From Thalia democratica (lineage: Eukaryota): 64,000 bases of DNA. The notes beneath the pieces are model-generated. The model was not told where the DNA came from and made no database searches. It saw only the letters and a list, made by a program, of their open reading frames with translations. Location of the stretch: NCBI GenBank assembly GCA_965202585.1, contig OZ241829.1, positions 48,174,001-48,238,000 of the forward strand, written 5' to 3'. Numbering within the stretch: position 1 is the first letter of the stretch; the number at the start of each line of letters is the position of its first letter. Below are positions 38,133 through 64,000 of the stretch, one piece after another. Made by a program: the position numbers and the translations under genes.

Positions 38133-40559
38133 AAAAAAAATGTTTAGTTTTTAACAATTTTTTTTTAATCTTAAATCTTTATTTTTTATTAACTTTTGTT
38201 TTTGTTTTGTTTTTTTTTTTTAATTAAAAAAACAGGGATTGAATACCTATAAAAATTGAACGATTTTTTTCACTTTCTGCATGAGTTATGCAATTACTGT
38301 ATAACTCTTAAGTTATCTCGCTAATGAATGTTTAAAATTAATTCCACCTTTTATTATATGTTAAATTTGTTTTTATTAAACTTAATAACATAAATTATTA
38401 TTTTATTTTAATGTTACGTAACGTATGCGTATCATTAAAACCACGCAGGCTTTATGATACAGCCTAGATGGAATATAAATAATGTTATGGATTATTTTAA
38501 TTTTTTGATTTTTACATATTTAAGAATTTGTTTTTCTCAACCTTGATGAAATAGACAAAACTGATGGTTTCTGGCTAAACATCTTTTTTCAAATTTACTT
38601 TTATTTTCATTATATATTAAATTGTTTTAACTTCTGAAAAAAAATATAAAATTTGAATTTATCACTTGTTTTAAGTTTTTCAAAAATAATTTCTTTAAGA
38701 AATACAATGACAATAAATTCACTTTTTACAACTTAATACTTTTATTTACAACCTTTAAACTGTAATTTATTTAGATGAATTATTATTAATTTTATTAACA
38801 ATTTTTTATTAATCATGACTCAAGACAATCTAATTTTAGGAAACTGTAGATGTAGTATTTATATACGCTAGTTTAACGTTAAACTCAATCTATGGTAAAC
38901 AAATAAAACGAAACTAAAACTATAAAATCGATAGTTCTACTTATTAAAAATTTCAATGTTGTAATAAGTAAATTTTATTTTGCTATCATATTTAACTCCT
39001 AAACAACTTTTATTGATTAAAAGTTTTTTGCTCGCTAAAGATTTTGTCTATATAGTATTTTTTATTAATATTATCTTTTGCAAGCTATAAGAACTGTTAA
39101 TAATATATCCACTCAAGCTTTAAAAAAATAAAATCAACAGTTATACTTTGGTCCAGGCATGTCATTTTTCAGTTTAATAATTTTATAAATACTAACCTAA
39201 AATATTCGAACCGAGTATTTTAAGTTAAAACTTAAAATCTTAATATGTTTATGTTATTTAGTTGGCATAAAAAACATAAATATTCTGTATTTTATACGGA
39301 AATTAATATTTTGTTTAGTACAATATTTCATTACTACCTTAAACACTTAGAATACTGTTTATGATATTAACAGTATGTTATTTTAATAAGAAAACTTGTA
39401 ATTTTGTTAAATTTAATCGATATTAAATATTAGTTTTAATAAACTTTTTCATCTTTACAAATAATATTGATTTATCAAAATTTTCGTTTACTTAAAAAAT
39501 GTTTCTACGTTTAATAGGTTAAAAATTCCGATAAACAAAAGATGTAATTAATTAGTTTTGAAAAACATGTTCGTCCTTTCTATGTTTCGAGAGATTTAAG
39601 AAATCCATTTTAGTCAAAACCTGGATAAAAATAAGAAACTAAATGCAATTTTTCAAACATTACAGAAAACTTTTAATAAAACAAACCTTAAAAAATGTAT
39701 GGATAATAATATTATTAGTTTACTTACATTATCAATTTTGAGAATATAGGGGAAAACAAACCATTGTCATTCAGTAGAAAAATCAAAGATTTTACTAAGA
39801 TTTTACTGAAAATTTACACAAAAATCTTGAAATATTTTTTTTTAACATATTGACCCCTCGGATTTAAGTCTTGAACAAGAAATTAAACTGTATTAGTGGT
39901 GTATGACTCAATAAATAAAAGGGGTTTTTGTACATTAAATCCCAAAAAAATGTTTCAGCACCTATTTTTATATTGTTTAATAAATTATATACTAATCTTG
40001 CAAACTTCAACTCAGAAAGTTTTTAAAGCTGTAATATGGATCCCTACCTACATCACCAGGATCATTGAATTTTTAGTTTTATATAGACAATGTTGTAAAA
40101 TTGTTTTTATTTTGTATATTATGTGTCAGCCCAGGATTCCAATCTTTCAACGTTTTGGAGAGTTAAACTGTTGAGTTGTTAAACTGATAAGTTAAATAAT
40201 TTAGATTGTTTAGTTAAAATGTTTATTTTTTTTTATATGTAGTTTATATATTGTTTACTGCAAGATCAAAACCTAGTAGTAAACACTAACAAAATAAATA
40301 TCAACTTAGTACTAACTAAAATAAAATGAATCTTCTTTTTTAGCATACAAGTTATAATTGTATTATAGATTTTTAGTCAATAATCTAGGATGATGTTGGA
40401 CCAATATCAAGCTGAATTTAATAATATTCAATTTTTTTTAAACCAACATAAGCTATATTTATATTTTATTAATACATATATTGTCTTAAAATATAAGGAT
40501 AAAAAATTATGACAAAAAAAATATGTAAAAACAATTTTTTTTTAAATTTTTTTATAAAA

Positions 40560-41160
40560 CTTTATTTTTAGAAATTTTGCTCCTATAGAATTTTTGAAAT
40601 AATCCAAGTAACATTTTCTTAAAGTTTGAGGTAATTGTCTCAAAAAAAGGCAAGAGGAAAACATTTTAAACAGGGTTGCCTTGTTTACCTGGAAACCTGG
40701 AATTTGACAATTTAGGCTAAAATAACCTGGAAAAACCTGGAATTTTTAATAATTTTAACATTTTCAGTTTTAAAATTTTGATTTGACACAAAAAATCTAT
40801 CATATAATTAATATTTTTTGTCATCACCAAAAAAAAAAAACTCATTTAAAGTAACTTTACAGTAATTTTTCAATATTTTTATACTATTTAACACAGTTTC
40901 TTAAATAAAAATTAACTTAAAACTTTTTTTTGATATTTGATCTTATTTTATATAGTTTTTACTGAATTACAACATACTTTTTACAGATTTTAATAGTTCA
41001 AAATAATTTTTGAGTTTTAGCTGGTCATAGTCGGAGGCAACAATAGGTTCCTTATGGGAGGCAAAAACTAAAATGGAAAAAAAACAAATTATTTCACTAA
41101 AAATCTATCTTTTCCTACATTTTTTGAGATAACTACCTCAAACTTTCTCATAATGTTCCT
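40560..41160. mobile_element. Mosaic of Kolobok-like arms and a CAGGGTTGCC MITE half (from 40671)
   Basis: CAGGGTTGCC..ACCTGGAAACCTGG at 40671; AGTCGGAGGCAACAATAGGTTCC arm at ~41028-41160. Confidence 0.65.
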
Positions 41161-43354
41161 TATAATATTAAGAAAATGCTGTCAAAACAAAAATAAAAAT
41201 TATATACAAAATAAACAAAAAAAGTTTTTTATTATTTTCGGGTTTTAAAATAAATTAATAATAAACAAATAATAATTTAAGTAATATCTTTTTACTTTAG
41301 TTGTTTCAGTTTCAATATTTTGGTATTTTATAACCAATTCTGTTCAAAAACTTTATTTTAATTAGTTCTACAAACTTAGTTTAATTTTAAAATATATCTA
41401 TTTTTTAAAGAATTTCAAAAACTAAAGATGAATCAGTCAGGACAGATTTTTGTCACTCAAAATATTTTTTTTTGACTCAAAGAGTGACAAACCTGTAATA
41501 TGTTATAATTTGAGTTAGATACGTGTTCTAAAAATTTTTAAGTATTAGAAACTATACTTAAGTAAACAGTCTTAGAATATTTATAACATAAATGTTTTTA
41601 TTTGGAATATCTTGATAAAATATTGTTCAACCATATATACTTTGTCCTTACTGTAAAAAAGTTAACTTTAACCCTTATTTGTAAATTCAAATTATTTAAT
41701 ACAAAATATTTATTATAGAATATAAAAATTTTAGATAAGTTTTGAAATACATTCAGTTAATTTATTGATACAAAAGTATGGAAAAAATTTGTTGCTGTTT
41801 TTCTCAGATTTTTATAACAATCACAGGATTGCCACACACTTAAGGAAAATTTGAAATTTTGGAAAATTAATCATCACTATTAAGCAATTAACTTCAAATT
41901 TACAGAAAGTAGTTATTCCATTATTATAATGCATATATAATTTGCAAGAAAAATTTTAGTGTAATATTTAAAAAAGATAAAATAAACATTTTAGTACCAT
42001 AAGAAAACATATAATTATATATGAAATTTTATTATTAAGAAATGATTTTACTCAAAACTAAAATTTTTTACAATTAGTTGTTTATATTTATACAGAGAAA
42101 GTTTGTGAATGATTGCTTAAAAACTATAGAAGATAATTTTGTAATATAAAGTAGTTTTATTTTGTCTTTTCAATTTGGCCCTTAATAAGGAATTTTTTTG
42201 AATTCTTAATACTTTGTTTTTCTCAAAAACTAGTTTAAATTAAAAAAAGCTATGAAAAGCGAAAGCTGGCTAAGCAAATGATCTTTGTAATCAGATAATT
42301 TGTAAAAAAATGCATTATTCCCTATGACCTTGACACTTAAGTTTTTAAATCTTTTCTTTTTCATACTTTTGTTACAAAAAATTAGACTAAATATTATGTA
42401 AATGTTTCAATAAAAACACTTGAACACTATTGTACATATAAAACATATTAATAAACAAATTCTATATTATAAAAAAAAGAAAAATCAAGAATGGTCCATA
42501 ATATTGTTAAAAATGTTGAGCAAAAGAGTAGGAGAATTTTAGGCTATAAATAAATTCTTAAGTATAATTAAATTTGAAATTATAAGAAAAACCTTAAAAT
42601 TGTATTACAATAAAAATAGTGTACTTGAGAAATTGAAACAATTTAAATTTTTTTAGAATAGATATGTTTTAACTAAAGCTTTTATAAAATTAGCATATTG
42701 GTAGCACTTTCTGTAATTTATTATTTGAAATATAGCTATAAAAATTTTTGTACCTAAGTTAATTAATGCTTTTTACAACCTAAGCTTAAAGCAAATTTTT
42801 AGGCTAAAAATTTATGTTCATGCTGCAATTTTGTTTTTCAGTTATACTATTTGAGTGATTAAGGTTTTTATTAGTAATACAAGTTCACACTTTGTAATCT
42901 TGTTAAAATAAATATTATATATCTCAAAAGTATGCTCAACTATGGTTATACGGGAGTCCGCCTTGTTTTTTGCAAGTTTCTCATATCTTACAGACTTTTA
43001 TCTTACCTATCAGACATTAACAACTAAAAAATGAAATTAAAAGTAACTAAAAAATATTTTACTAAAAATAGATTTTTACCTTCATATTTTAACCAACCTT
43101 CTTTAAGTTTTCACAGTTAGTCCATCACTAATATTTTAAGCTTGCAGTGAACAATTTTTGTATAATTTTAAAAGTAATTTAAAAAATAAAACTATCCTGT
43201 TTTTGTTTTTCTATTTATATATCCTTAGGTGAATCTGTAAAAGTAGTAACCCAGTAAGTAAAAAGCAAGTAAAAATTACATAAGATTGTTTTGGTATATC
43301 AAAGAAATCCTATATAAGTTTAATATTGGATTAGTAAACTGAAGATAATATTAA

Positions 43355-43700
43355 GGGCATAGGGGGGTAAATACCCCTTTTTTGGTTTTTGATCTTATTT
43401 TATATAGTTTTTACTAAGCTACAAGATGCTTTTTACAGATTTAAAAAATTCAAAATAATTTTTGAGATACAGCCGGTCAAAGTCGGAGGCAACAATAGGT
43501 TCCCTATGGGAGGCACAAACTAAAACGGCAAAAATAGACTATTTCACTAAAAATCTATCTTCTCCTACGTTTTTTGAGATAATTACCTCAAACTTTCAGG
43601 AAATGTTACTTGATATATTTAGAAAATTCTGTCAGAAAGAATTTTTGAAAAATTTAAAAATAAAAATTTTACATAAAAAATAAACAAAAAAACAGTTTGT
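43355..43700. mobile_element. Kolobok-like left arm
   Basis: TTAA|GGGCATAGGGGGG followed by the family arm sequence. Confidence 0.75.
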
Positions 43701-43874
43701 GCTAAAAAATATGTGTTAAGGTTAAATAATGAAATTGAAAAAAAAAATATGCCTAAACTTTAAAAGACTAAAACTGTAAAACAATTTATTCTATATCTAT
43801 TAGTAAATAGGTTGTGAGTTGGTTCAATGGTTGTTTGGAAAGTAAAATTATTAAGCAAGTGTTATCTGAAAAAA

Positions 43875-44205
43875 CAGGCTTGCCATAAAGCCTGGAATCC
43901 TGATTAAACTAGGAATTTGATAGTTAAGGCTAAAAAACATGGAAAAACCTGGAATTTTGGAATTTTTAATTATTTTTACATGCCAAGTAGTTAACTTTTG
44001 ACTTGACAGGAAACATTTATTATGTAGATAGAAAACACATTTAAACTAGCTTTACAGTATCTAATTAATTTTATTATACTACTTAACACAGTTTTTTACC
44101 TTTAACTTTTAAATTAATAATAGACCCAAAAACCTTTACTTTCAAAAACCTGTAAGAAATTCAGAAAACCTAGAATAAATTTCTCAAAAACCAGTAGCAA
44201 CCCTG
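43875..44205. mobile_element. CAGGGTTGCCA-family MITE
   Basis: CAGGCTTGCCA / TAGCAACCCTG; both flanks AAAAAA. Confidence 0.75.
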
Positions 44206-44849
44206 AAAAAAATAACTTATTAACTAATTAAGTGGTTCCAATTCCACTACATATTTCTGGATTTACTAGAGTAAATGCATAAAAAAAAAAAATTAAATTT
44301 TAAAAAACACCGAATTTTACTAGGCCAGTTTTTAATAGCACTTACATTGTTTTATTGTTGAAAAGTTTTTGTTGTAAATAAATACCATTTACAACTAAAA
44401 AGTAAAATAGTTTATTCATCGTTAATTTGAAGCTTTTTGTCTTACTTCCATAAAACTTGATTAAAAACAAAATATGAATTAATAATTTAATTTTAATATA
44501 TATTTATTAAACTGTTTTCTGTTATAACTTTGTTTTAAATTTTGTTTAGCAACCATATTTATTATCTATGGTTATTAACATTTTAAATTTAAAATATCTG
44601 TAGTTTATTTCATAATATTACAAGTTACAAACTTATTGCAAAATTAACTACTAATTCATCTTTCATTCTTTATAATGTTCTATGAAGTAAGACAAAAAGC
44701 TTCGAATTAAGAATGAATAAAACTATTTTACTTTTTAGTTGCAAATGGTGTTTATTTACATTGTAAATATGTAATAAAGTATCCTAATTTTAAGTTTATG
44801 ATAAATAAAAACTGTTAAAAATTATTAAAATTATAGATTTATAAATAAA

Positions 44850-63570
<18,721 letters not shown>

Positions 63571-64000
63571 GTAGGTATTTAAAGAATTTCTGTGATATGC
63601 TACCATAACAAATTAGTTGTAATTGTTAGTTATCTAATAGATCCACTATCCGGATCTGGCTGGATAAAAAATAAATATGGTTCTGGCCGGATCTTTATTT
63701 CTAAAATATACCCGGATCCTATAATTTTGTGCATCTGGTAGATCACTAGTTTTTGCATATGTTAATTGAAATAGATCAATAACAATTTTCAAAGCAGCAA
63801 TACTAAATTTTTGATTGATAAAATGTCTTGAAATATCGAAAAAGCACTCTAAATTTATAGCAAAACGTTTTCTTTAAAGATACAAGTAAACTATCGAGCA
63901 TTACAAAATTCACAGTATCAGTATAAAAAAATACTTGATGTATACTGTAGGTTTACAACTAAATGTTCGTGTTGTCTTGTTGTTATAGAAAGTACAAAAA

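Overview
Very AT-rich, intron-rich animal genomic DNA; the composition and transposon repertoire look like a Hydra-type hydrozoan (inference, not shown directly). Three protein genes could be assembled by hand with consistent splice phases: an orphan 7TM/GPCR-like gene (+, about 7.3-9.7 kb, 5' end unresolved); a 14-exon DC-STAMP-domain gene of the DCST1/2-SPE-42-Sneaky fertilisation family (-, 15.5-37.1 kb, start exon unresolved); and PRPF8 (+, from ATG 44850, 26 exons, running off the window). Introns and intergenic DNA hold many non-autonomous DNA transposons: hAT-like (8-bp and unusual 6-bp TSDs), Kolobok-like (TTAA), Mutator-like (9-bp TSDs) and a decayed pogo/Tigger. Two RNA-level signals stand out. 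One is a nearly identical 327-bp tandem repeat carrying complete type I hammerhead ribozymes with a palindromic, dimer-dependent helix III (a retrozyme-like array), with a decayed diverged relative 11 kb away. The other is a locally clustered family of seven 50-125-bp repeats with a G-U-tolerant, GNRA-capped hairpin that I cannot assign to any known RNA or element. No bacterial features or CRISPR arrays were seen.
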